Positions 55,369-63,973 of a DNA stretch of 64,000 nt are shown here, one piece after another (the first letter of the stretch is position 1; every line of letters begins with the position of its first letter). Under the pieces are notes generated by a model, which saw only the letters and a list, made by a program, of their open reading frames with translations, did no database searches and was not told the origin of the DNA. Position numbers and translations under genes: made by a program. This DNA is from Fibrobacterota bacterium (GTDB lineage: Bacteria > Fibrobacterota > Fibrobacteria > UBA11236): NCBI GenBank assembly GCA_023249635.1, contig JAHFCH010000011.1, positions 671 through 64,670 of the forward strand, written 5' to 3'.

Positions 55369-56364
55369 TTACCAACCTTGCTTGCGTATGCTCGTCTCGC
55401 CAATCAATTCGCGCATCCCTTTCTTCAGCTCTTTTAAGCCGTCGCCCGTGAGGGCGGAGGTGCGTAGAATGGGGCAGCCTTCCTTCTTGAAGCGCTTGTC
55501 GATCTTGAACTCGCCCAAGTCGCATTTGTTCATGGCGATCAGCTTCGGCTTCTGCAGCAATAGGGGATGGAACTTCTCCATCTCGGCGCGTAACACCTTG
55601 TATTGGCCGTACGGATCCTCGCCGCTCGCGTCAATGATATAGGCCAGGCAGAAGCTCCGCTCGATGTGGCGCAGGAACCGGTGGCCCAGGCCTTTGCCTT
55701 CGGCAGCGCCTTCGATGAGACCGGGGATGTCCACCAGTACGAAGCTTTGCCCGGGCGCGACTTCGACCAGGCCCAGGATGGGCTTCAGAGTGGTGAAAGG
55801 ATAATCGGCGACCTTGGGCGTGGCCGCGGAAAGCTTGCGGATGAGCGAGCTTTTTCCCGCGTTGGGGAAGCCCACCAGGCCGCAGTCCGCCACCAGCTTA
55901 AGCTCGAGCAGCAGTTTGCGCGATTCACCGGGATCGCCCGGGGTGGATTGCCGCGGCGCGCGATTGGTGCTGCTTTTGAAGGCGGCATTGCCGACTCCGC
56001 CACGGCCGCCTTGCGCCACGGTGTAGCGTTGGCCGGCCTCTTTCAGGTCGGACAGCAGTTCTCCCGTGGCGAGATCCTTCACCAGCGTTCCCACCGGAAC
56101 CGTAATCTCAATGTCCTTACCATTACGGCCGGTACACAGAGAGGGTTCTCCCGGACCGCCCGCATCGGCGCGGAATATGCGTTTGTTCCCGATATCGTAA
56201 AGGGTATGTATTTCGGTGGTGGCGACCACCACGACATGGCCTCCCCGGCCGCCGTTTCCGCCGCTGGGTCCCCCGAGGGGAACGAATTTTTCCCGACGGA
56301 AGCTGACCATGCCTTTTCCGCCGTGGCCCGCGTGAACTTCCAGCTTGGATTCATCAATGAACAT
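55369..56364 (-). CDS. obg: GTPase Obg/CgtA
   Basis: Obg fold N-terminus (MFIDESKLEVHAGHGGKGMVSFRREKFVPLGGPSGGNGGRGG), G1 GFPNAGKSS, G3 DIPG, G4 NKCD. Confidence 0.85.
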   Translation of the reverse strand: MFIDESKLEVHAGHGGKGMVSFRREKFVPLGGPSGGNGGRGGHVVVVATTEIHTLYDIGNKRIFRADAGGPGEPSLCTGRNGKDIEITVPVGTLVKDLATGELLSDLKEAGQRYTVAQGGRGGVGNAAFKSSTNRAPRQSTPGDPGESRKLLLELKLVADCGLVGFPNAGKSSLIRKLSAATPKVADYPFTTLKPILGLVEVAPGQSFVLVDIPGLIEGAAEGKGLGHRFLRHIERSFCLAYIIDASGEDPYGQYKVLRAEMEKFHPLLLQKPKLIAMNKCDLGEFKIDKRFKKEGCPILRTSALTGDGLKELKKGMRELIGETSIRKQGW

Positions 56365-56844
56365 GCGCGTAAATGTACTAAACGCCGTATTCGCAAAGCG
56401 TATGCCACCCGCTCCCCAAGCCCGGTTCCGCGGGGCTTACGGGGAGGGGTTGTGGGAATCGCGTAGTGTAGCCCAGGGAGGCGGAAAGGCAGCGCGCCGC
56501 AGGGTTTGTGTTTTTTACGGCGTAAGAGCGGGGGTCAGTTACGTCGATGGCCTTCTAGGCCAAGCAGGCATGCGCCATGATTCCGTAACCACACGTCCAT
56601 CGTATCCTTTCCATCCCGTCGGAACCGCGGACTGAGTCATCAGTCACTGGTTCCATCCGTGCAAGCGATTGACAATTTCCGCCGCACGGGCGAGGCGCGG
56701 ATCCACCCTTCCACGCACTGAGTGTGCGCGTTATTCGCGTCTCCAGGATCTTGAGAGGTTTGATACCCGTTGTTAACTTGATCGCATTCATGGCGCCCGG
56801 ACGCATTCCGGCAGGGAACACACCAAAATAGGGAGTTGCCAAGA

Positions 56845-57096
56845 ATGTCCAAGAAAAGATTCGTTACGACCGGTGAGATAGCGAAGATCTGCGAAGTCAG
56901 CCCCAAGACGGTGATCGCATGGATCGAGCGCAAACAACTGCGCTCCTTCCGCATCGGCCGGGGTCCCCGCAAGGTTACCCTCGCTGATCTGTATGACTTC
57001 CTCGGTTCGAGGAACTTCCCGATCGCTTCGCTGGAAGAACTGACGCGCATGCTCGAAGAACAGGCTAACCGCGAAGAGCTGGTTCCCGCGGTCTGA
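56845..57096 (+). CDS. Excisionase-family helix-turn-helix DNA-binding protein
   Basis: GGGAG RBS 9 nt upstream; MSKKRFVTTGEIAKICEVSPKTVIAWIERKQLRSFRIGRGPRKV matches the excisionase/MerR-like HTH pattern. Confidence 0.6.
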   Translation: MSKKRFVTTGEIAKICEVSPKTVIAWIERKQLRSFRIGRGPRKVTLADLYDFLGSRNFPIASLEELTRMLEEQANREELVPAV

Positions 57097-57150
57097 CCCG
57101 ATGGGAGTCGGGGGTGACGACCGGCGCAATGCCGGTCCACGGACACATCC

Positions 57151-58596
57151 CTAGCTCTTACGTGCCAACCCCGAGCCGCCTTTACGGTCCGCGCCTTCGC
57201 CGCCTAACCGCAGTTCCTTCCCGTTAATCCCCAGCTTCTTCATTTTGTTATGGAGTGCTGTGCGGGTTATTTCCATGACCTTTGCGGCTTCGGACACGCT
57301 CCAGCCGCAGTTTTGCAGGCGCGCGAGCACGAAATCCCTCTCGATTTTCCGTAGATGCCCCTTGAGGGTAGGGTATGTCTGCGTGTCCAGCGCTACCACC
57401 AAAGCTTGCCCGTTCGGCGCGGTTGCCGATTTGAGATAGGCCTCCACTTCGGACCGGCTGATCAGCGGGCCCTTGGCGAAGGAAATGCCGCGCTGAATGA
57501 TGTTCTCCAGCTCGCGGATATTCCCCGGAAAGGAATAGCCCGAAAGCAGTTCCATGGCGTCGTCGCCCAGGCCTACCTTGGCCGCGTGGCGCTTTTGGTG
57601 TTTGGCCAGGAAATGCCGTACCAGTTGCGGTACGTCCGCGATGCGCGCGCGCAAGGGCGGCAGCCCGATGGGTATGACATTGAGCCGGTAGTACAGGTCC
57701 TCGCGGAAATGTCCCGACTTGATGGCCTCTTCCAGGTTGCGGTTGGTGGCCGCGATCACGCGCACGTTCACGTGCCGCACCTTGTTCTCACCCACGCGGC
57801 GGAACTCGCCTTCCTGCAGGATGCGCAGCAGCTTGGTCTGGCTGCGTAAAGGGATATCGCCGATCTCGTCCAGGAAAATGGTGCCGTTATCCGCCACCTC
57901 GAACAAACCTTCGCGATCGCCGACCGCGCCCGAGAAGGCGCCCTTGGCATGGCCGAACAATTCGCTCTCGATCAGGCCTTCGGAGATGGCGCAGCAATTG
58001 ACGATCACGAAACCATGCGCGGCGGCGTTGGCTTCGGCGCTGTAGATGGCGCGCGCCACCAATTCCTTGCCCGTGCCGCTTTCCCCGCGGATGAGCACGT
58101 GGCCTTTGGAATGCCGGGCCTTATCGATGAGCCGGAACACCTCCTGCATCGGCTCCGACGCGCCGATGATGTTCTGCGCGGCGTAGCCCTCGGCGCCCAG
58201 CTTGGCCAGGGGTCCGGTCTTGGCGCGCGTGCTCTTCTCGAAGGTCTTCCCGAGCGCCGCGTGCAACTGATCGGGATTGACCGGCTTGAGTAGGTAGTCG
58301 TCCGCGCCGATGGTTTGGGCCTTGCGGGCCACGTCGTAGGAGCCATGCGCGGTGAGGATGAAGACGGGCAGATCGGGCTGCAGTTGCTTGACCCGGCGGA
58401 CAAGCGCGAAGCCGTCGATGCCGGGCATCACCAGGTCGGTGATGATAAGGCTGAATTTGCGGCGCCCCAATTGCTCCAGGGCCTCTTCGCCATTCTGGGC
58501 CAGATGCACGTCGTAGCCGGCCGCCGTGAGGATATCCTTCAGGTAGAAGGCGGTGATCTTCTCGTCGTCGACGATGAGGATGGAGAGGTTATCCAT
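57151..58596 (-). CDS. Sigma-54-dependent response regulator (NtrC/Fis family enhancer-binding protein)
   Basis: Receiver (DDEKI.., D in IITDLVMPGIDG), AAA+ sigma-54 interaction domain (GESGTGKE, GAFSGA), C-terminal Fis-type HTH. Confidence 0.85.
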   Translation of the reverse strand: MDNLSILIVDDEKITAFYLKDILTAAGYDVHLAQNGEEALEQLGRRKFSLIITDLVMPGIDGFALVRRVKQLQPDLPVFILTAHGSYDVARKAQTIGADDYLLKPVNPDQLHAALGKTFEKSTRAKTGPLAKLGAEGYAAQNIIGASEPMQEVFRLIDKARHSKGHVLIRGESGTGKELVARAIYSAEANAAAHGFVIVNCCAISEGLIESELFGHAKGAFSGAVGDREGLFEVADNGTIFLDEIGDIPLRSQTKLLRILQEGEFRRVGENKVRHVNVRVIAATNRNLEEAIKSGHFREDLYYRLNVIPIGLPPLRARIADVPQLVRHFLAKHQKRHAAKVGLGDDAMELLSGYSFPGNIRELENIIQRGISFAKGPLISRSEVEAYLKSATAPNGQALVVALDTQTYPTLKGHLRKIERDFVLARLQNCGWSVSEAAKVMEITRTALHNKMKKLGINGKELRLGGEGADRKGGSGLARKS

Positions 58597-60856
58597 GGGA
58601 TTGCCAGCTCTTCACCAACTCGGCGTAAATCTTCGGGTAGGTATTCAGCAGGTCCTTTTCGAAAGCCGCCATTCCCGTGCGCGGCTTGATGGTAAGCCGC
58701 GTCCCGTTGGGCAGGGCCACCTGGCGATTGAGGTTCTCACCGAACTTGCGCAGGATGGCGGGCACGGTCTCCAGGGTGGTCATGGGCAGAACCACGAGGA
58801 AACGATTGAAGGCCAGGTAGCCCACGAAATCGGACTCGCGCAGGAAGCGCCGCATGTCGCCGATGAGCACGTTCTGCAGGCCGCGCAGGGCATCGCCATG
58901 GGTATCGAAACCGGCCTTGTCCTCGGGCAGGCCTTGGAACGAGACCAGCAGGGCGCTGAAGGGAAGCTGGTAGCGCAGGGCCCGGCTGATTTCCGATTTG
59001 ATGAAGAAGTCGAGCACCGCTTTTACGTACACGCCTGCGGGTAATTCCTTGGAGGCGGCCTTTTCGCGGCGGGCCAGCATTTCCTGGCGCACTTTCTGCA
59101 TTACCTGGCTGCCGGCCTCTTTCGCGAGAGACTCCGGATCGAGACCTTCCCGGGCCCGTCCCAGGGTCTCGTCCATTTCCTTCTCGTCGCTGAACATCTC
59201 CAGCAGGAATTGGATCTTTTCCGCCTCGCTTACGCCTGTGTCCCGCATTTGCGCCATGGCGGCGCGTCCCTTGAGGTCGGTCACGGAACGTTGCATGCGC
59301 AGGCGGAGCTTCTGCTGGCCCATGGCCCGCAATTCCTCGGGCATGCCCTTATCCTGCAGCTTCTGGTTTACCTCCGCTTCCATCTGGTGCAACATGGTGC
59401 TCAGCTTGGCCGCTTCCCTGGGATTGGCGTCGATGCGCTCGCCCGCGGCCTCGCCGGCCTTCTCCACGAAATCGGCCAGGGAATTGATCATGTCCTCGGC
59501 CGAGCCCTCGCGATTCGACTTGCGGGCCTCGCTGGCGAGCACGATCAATTGGGCCGCTTGGCGCGGGTTCTCTTGCAATTCGCGCAGCAGCTCTTCCTGG
59601 CTTATGCCCAGGCTTTGCCCGGCCTGCAAGAACTCCTGATAGCTCTGGTCGGTGCCCAGCAGGGTATTCAGTTCGGCGAGCAGGTTGAAGAATTCGATCA
59701 AGGGCACGCCCTGCTTCAGCAACTCGGCCCGGAACAGGTTTAGCACCCGCTGCAGATGGGCGCGATCGGGCACGATGCGCTGCACCACCTGGGCCATACG
59801 CTTGGGATTGCCCTTGCACTTGCGGTACTCCTCCATCACCAGTTGCGCCGCCGTCTGGGTGAAGATATCGTCGGCGGCTTCGGCGAGGCGGCCGGCTTCG
59901 GCTACCTTGGCGGGATCGGGACGCGTCAGGGTGGGCAATCCCGATTCGGTGAGCTTGCCCGCGTTACCGCCTCCGCCCAGGTGCTGGGCAAGTCCCTGCT
60001 GGGCCTTCACGGCTTTCAGCAATTCGGATCGCATGCTGTACATGCCGGCCAGCAAATCCTCGATGGGCACATTGCCGGTGCCCGCTTCGGCGCGGAAGGC
60101 GCCCACCACGTTCAACAGGCTTTGCTTCAGGGACTGGGCCTCTTGCCCGGGGTTGGCCACCGTGTTCTTGAGGATGGCGTCCGGCAGGGCGGAAGGGCTT
60201 TCCAGCACCTTGAGCAGGCTCAGGTTGGCGTTCATTTCCTGCGCGGTGAGATGCCCCAATACCACGCGCATGGCCGCGTCATCAAAGGCGCTGTTGGCGC
60301 GGCGCAGTTCCCCGGAAAAAGTGCCTCCTGGGCCCGGGCCTCCGCCATCGGGCGAACCAGTTGGCCTGGGGCCGCCCGCCGGGTGGCTTCCACCTGCCGT
60401 GACGACTTCGTCGCCGGACTTTACCGTCTGCAGGCTTACGTTGTTCACGTTGAAACAGGTGATGCTCTGATTGGTCAGGTAAGCCAGGAAGCGCGCGGGA
60501 TCGGCATGGGTCATGCTGCAGGCGTCCAGAAAGCGGGCGAGCGCGCCCATGGAAACGGGCTGCGAGAAGGTGATGGACTCGATCCCGAAGCGGCGCAGGT
60601 GGTCGGCGATCTTCCGGTTGTTGGGCGCATACACCAGATCGACATGGCCGATGTAATACCCGAATTCCTGGAAGAGGATCGAAAGGGAAGCATCCTGGCC
60701 CAGGCATTTCGCGAAGGCTTCGTAAACGCGGGGAATGGTCTCTTGCGCGACGGGATGATCGAAAGCGTAGGCGACGGTGCGCTGGTAAAACAGATTTAGC
60801 AGCCGAACCAGGTTCTCGGCGTCGATACGGGAAAAGGCCTTGGTGTCCTGGTTCAT
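58589..60856 (-). CDS. Large signalling protein with C-terminal degenerate GGDEF domain (GGDEF replaced by AFNRF; I-site RESD retained)
   Basis: C-terminal approx 150 aa align to the diguanylate cyclase fold (..LLVSF..THGDALRGLQNVL..RESDFVGYLAFNRFLVVLP..); N-terminal 600 aa helical, no family recognised; 8-nt overlap with the sigma-54 regulator gene. Confidence 0.55.
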   Translation of the reverse strand: MNQDTKAFSRIDAENLVRLLNLFYQRTVAYAFDHPVAQETIPRVYEAFAKCLGQDASLSILFQEFGYYIGHVDLVYAPNNRKIADHLRRFGIESITFSQPVSMGALARFLDACSMTHADPARFLAYLTNQSITCFNVNNVSLQTVKSGDEVVTAGGSHPAGGPRPTGSPDGGGPGPGGTFSGELRRANSAFDDAAMRVVLGHLTAQEMNANLSLLKVLESPSALPDAILKNTVANPGQEAQSLKQSLLNVVGAFRAEAGTGNVPIEDLLAGMYSMRSELLKAVKAQQGLAQHLGGGGNAGKLTESGLPTLTRPDPAKVAEAGRLAEAADDIFTQTAAQLVMEEYRKCKGNPKRMAQVVQRIVPDRAHLQRVLNLFRAELLKQGVPLIEFFNLLAELNTLLGTDQSYQEFLQAGQSLGISQEELLRELQENPRQAAQLIVLASEARKSNREGSAEDMINSLADFVEKAGEAAGERIDANPREAAKLSTMLHQMEAEVNQKLQDKGMPEELRAMGQQKLRLRMQRSVTDLKGRAAMAQMRDTGVSEAEKIQFLLEMFSDEKEMDETLGRAREGLDPESLAKEAGSQVMQKVRQEMLARREKAASKELPAGVYVKAVLDFFIKSEISRALRYQLPFSALLVSFQGLPEDKAGFDTHGDALRGLQNVLIGDMRRFLRESDFVGYLAFNRFLVVLPMTTLETVPAILRKFGENLNRQVALPNGTRLTIKPRTGMAAFEKDLLNTYPKIYAELVKSWQSHG

Positions 60857-60945
60857 GGGATTCCGATATTTTAGCCTTTTATCGGTGAAGCTGCCACCTG
60901 ACGGGCACTTAGCTAGGGACGGGGCCCCCGGGGCAAATGCTATAA

Positions 60946-61878
60946 TTGGCCGCGATGGCCATCCCCGCCGCTTTACCCGATTTGACCGGCCAAACCCTGG
61001 GCACGGTTACCCTGCTCCAGAAGATCGGCGAAGGCAGCATGGGCGTGGTATACCGGGGTTTCCAGAACACCTTGAGCCGTCCCGTGGCGGTAAAGGTGGT
61101 CTTCCGCAACCGCCTCAACAAGCTTTTCACCTCGGAACGCTTCCGCCAAGAAGCCGAGGTGGTCGCCAACCTGTTGCATTCCAACATCGTGACCATTTTC
61201 GAATTCGGCGAGCAGCCCGACTTCATGTACTTCATCATGCAGTTGGTGGAGGGAGTCAACCTTTCGGCCTGGCTCAAGCAAAAGAAAAAGCACCCTTTGC
61301 CCCGCAAGCGCGTGCCCTCCATGGACGAATTGCTGCGGCTGGCGGAGCAGGTCCTTGAGGTACTGGCTTTCGCCCATGCCGAAGGCGTCATCCACCGGGA
61401 CATCAAGCCCGAGAACCTGCTCTGGATCGAAAAGAGCAGGAAGGTCTTGGTGGCCGATTTCGGCCTCGCGGCGGTGTACCATACCGTCTACGACGAAGAG
61501 AAGGCGTTTATCCTGGGGTCCCCGCTATACGTCTCGCCGGAGCAGGCCCGCGGGGAAACCGTGGACGGCCGGGCCGATCTCTTCTCCTTCGGCTGCGTGC
61601 TGTTGGAAATGACCCTGGGTTTCCTGCCCGTAAAGGTGGAGCGCCCGGAACGCATTTTCCAGACCCGGGCCAAGGAAAGCCCCGATATGTTCACCGGCAT
61701 GGCCCATGACCATAGCCCCGCCGTTCCCCGTCCCTGGAGCGATTTCGTGGCCAAGGCGTTGGTGGCGAAGCGGGACCAGCGGTATGCGGGAGCAGAGCAG
61801 ATGCTGACGGCACTGCGGAATATCGCGCCTGGGCTGCGGGCCGGCGACAAGGAGGATACGGGACAAGCTACGGCATAA
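60946..61878 (+). CDS. Hanks-type serine/threonine protein kinase (kinase domain only)
   Basis: IGEGSMGVVY Gly loop, VAVKVV Lys, HRDIKPENLL catalytic loop, DFGLA, SPE motif (YVSPEQ). Confidence 0.8.
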   Translation: MAAMAIPAALPDLTGQTLGTVTLLQKIGEGSMGVVYRGFQNTLSRPVAVKVVFRNRLNKLFTSERFRQEAEVVANLLHSNIVTIFEFGEQPDFMYFIMQLVEGVNLSAWLKQKKKHPLPRKRVPSMDELLRLAEQVLEVLAFAHAEGVIHRDIKPENLLWIEKSRKVLVADFGLAAVYHTVYDEEKAFILGSPLYVSPEQARGETVDGRADLFSFGCVLLEMTLGFLPVKVERPERIFQTRAKESPDMFTGMAHDHSPAVPRPWSDFVAKALVAKRDQRYAGAEQMLTALRNIAPGLRAGDKEDTGQATA

Positions 61879-61903
61879 AACGAGCCCGCGTTGGTTCGAG
61901 CGG

Positions 61904-62030
61904 CATATCGTCGGGCGTCGGGCGTACGGGGCGAAGCGCCCCTAAGCGTCGGGCGTAAATGCGAAAATGCTCCCATTTTCTTGCATTTACGCCCGACGCC
62001 GAACGCCCGACGCCAAACGATGCGCTGCTA
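61904..62030. repeat. MITE/REP-like palindromic element, GTCGGGC-heptad family, copy 2 (inverted orientation, more degenerate)
   Basis: CATATCGTCGGGCGTCGGGCG .. GGGGCGaagCGCCCC .. CGTCGGGCGTAAATGC / GCATTTACGCCCGACG .. CGCCCGACGCCAAACGATG; same terminal 20-mer as copy 1 on the left, degenerate on the right. Confidence 0.7.
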
Positions 62031-62117
62031 CCGACACCGTAGTGTCCAGTTCGCATCCAACCCTCTCGTACAATTTTTATCTTTGTCCCACCACCATCGA
62101 TCAGGGGATCCCCTCAC

Positions 62118-62639
62118 ATGACCCAAGAGGCCACCGGCGCCGGCAAAGACGATATGCTCGAAAGCATGCTCAAAGGCCTTCGCGAGGATGAAATCGGGGT
62201 GCTGGATCGGTTTACCGACTACCAGAAATCCACCGCTCCCTTTTTCGAAAAGGTCGAAGTCGCCCACGAGTTCCTGGATCTGCTCACCTTCAAGATCAAG
62301 GAGAGCAAGTCGAAGATGAACAAGGAACTGCTCGCGCAGTTCTCCCTGGCCTTCCTCCGCCAGACCGTCCGCACCTACGGCTACAATCCCAAGTTCGTCG
62401 CCACCCAGGCCAAGGCCCTCATCACCTATTACCAGAACCAGAAGAACCTGGAGAGGGCCATCGAGGTTTGCGAATTCCTGATCCTACAGGGCATCACCGA
62501 TGACGATGCCAAGGGATTCCACGTCCGTCTCGACGAGTTGTACCGCCTCAAGCGGAAGATCGAGGAAAAGGGCGGGGATATTTCGGGGATCAGCTTTCCG
62601 ACCATGGATGATGATGAGTCGGATGATTCTGAAGAGTGA
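62118..62639 (+). CDS. Hypothetical protein with acidic C-terminal tail
   Basis: CAGGGGA RBS; 173 aa; ends DDDESDDSEE; followed by a perfect 7-bp hairpin GCAGAACtaagagtGTTCTGC. Confidence 0.45.
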   Translation: MTQEATGAGKDDMLESMLKGLREDEIGVLDRFTDYQKSTAPFFEKVEVAHEFLDLLTFKIKESKSKMNKELLAQFSLAFLRQTVRTYGYNPKFVATQAKALITYYQNQKNLERAIEVCEFLILQGITDDDAKGFHVRLDELYRLKRKIEEKGGDISGISFPTMDDDESDDSEE

Positions 62640-62663
62640 GGCAGAACTAAGAGTTGTTCTGCC

Positions 62664-62790
62664 AGGGCTAAAAGTGAAAAAGGAAAAGTGAAAAATTAAA
62701 AAATCAAATTTTTGTATGTCGCTGGCGGGTTAGGGTCCGCCCTCCCGGTTTTTCACTTTCCATTTTTCACTTTGATTTTTTAGCCCCAGC
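62664..62790. repeat. AT-rich palindromic element, GTGAAAA-heptad family, copy 2
   Basis: CTAAAAGTGAAAAAGGAAAAGTGAAAAATT .. GC-rich centre (GGCGGGttagggtCCGCC) .. TTTTTCACTTTCCATTTTTCACTTTG; the right arm is 22/24 identical to the wza-overlapping copy. Confidence 0.7.
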
Positions 62791-62808
62791 GACCTACCCG
62801 CATTCAAC

Positions 62809-63561
62809 CTACCAATACTTGGTCAATACCTCGGGGCCGTTGCGGGTCATCGCAAGGGTATGCTCGAACTGCGCGGACAGCTTCCCGTCCCGCGTGAACA
62901 CGGTCCAACCATCATCGGCTACGAAGACGTCGGCGCTGCCTTCATTGATCATGGGCTCGATGGTGAAGACCATGCCTTCCGTGATTTTCTGCCCGCGGCT
63001 GCCCGAGCGGTAATGTAACACCATGGGGTCTTCGTGGAAGCCCCGTCCGATGCCGTGGCCGCAGAATTCGCGTACCACTCCATATCCGAACTCGTCGGCC
63101 AGGTCTTGGATGGCCGCGCCGATATCGCCGAAATGGTTGCCGGCATAGGCTACGGCGATGCCTTCTTCCAGGCAGCGATAGGTCACGTCCACCAGCTTTT
63201 GCACCTGGGGCGAAACCTTGCCCACGAACACCGTCTTGGAAGTGTCGCCGTGGTAGCCGGCCAGGGTGCAGGTCACGTCGATGTTGATGATGTCGCCATC
63301 CTTCAGCAACGTCTTACCCGGAATGCCGTGGCACACCACGTTGTTCACCGAGGTGCAGACGGACTTGGGGAAGCCATGGTAGTTGAGCGGGGAAGGGTAG
63401 GCGCCCTTCTTGACTGTATAATCATGGACGAACCGGTCGATATCATCCGTGGTGATGCCCGGCTTCACGATCTCTTCGGCGCGGGCCAGCACTTCAGCCG
63501 CCAGTACGCAGGCTTCCCGCATCAGCCCGATTTCTTTGTCCGTTTTGATTTTGATAGCCAT
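62809..63561 (-). CDS. map: Type I methionine aminopeptidase
   Basis: MAIKIKTDKEIGLMREA.. start (internal ATG 63561), metal ligands in conserved context (..DIINIDVT.., ..GHGIG.., ..FTIEPM..). Confidence 0.85.
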   Translation of the reverse strand: MAIKIKTDKEIGLMREACVLAAEVLARAEEIVKPGITTDDIDRFVHDYTVKKGAYPSPLNYHGFPKSVCTSVNNVVCHGIPGKTLLKDGDIINIDVTCTLAGYHGDTSKTVFVGKVSPQVQKLVDVTYRCLEEGIAVAYAGNHFGDIGAAIQDLADEFGYGVVREFCGHGIGRGFHEDPMVLHYRSGSRGQKITEGMVFTIEPMINEGSADVFVADDGWTVFTRDGKLSAQFEHTLAMTRNGPEVLTKYW

Positions 63562-63715
63562 ACAACCCCTGGGGTCTCCTGAATTTACAAAATTATACCT
63601 CTCAGCCGCCCGTTGCGCCGCCCACCCCCCATTGACCCCTCGGAGTGGGCATTCGCCGTCCCGCAAACGGTGGGGCGGGAAGTAATTTTTTGGGTCTTTG
63701 GGCCGGAGGAAAGCG

Positions 63716-63973
63716 ATGGTTATCGGAAAATCAAGTCGGGTCCGGGTTACGGTCAAGGTTCGGGCCGCCCTGGCCGCGGCTGCCCTCGCGCTTTGGGCGG
63801 GGTGCAAAACCGACTGCGGCGAAGCCGTCCGCATGGGCGATTTCGAATTTCTCCAAGGGAATTACGTGAACGCGGTCCGGCAATACGAAAAAGCCCTGAG
63901 GGCCGACGCGGCGTGCCGGATGATCGATGGGAGATTGGAAGAGGCTCGCCGCAAGGCGGCAGCGAGCCACTAA
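63716..63973 (+). CDS. Small hypothetical lipoprotein (TPR-like helix pair)
   Basis: GGAGGA RBS; lipobox LWAGC; 85 aa. Confidence 0.4.
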   Translation: MVIGKSSRVRVTVKVRAALAAAALALWAGCKTDCGEAVRMGDFEFLQGNYVNAVRQYEKALRADAACRMIDGRLEEARRKAAASH

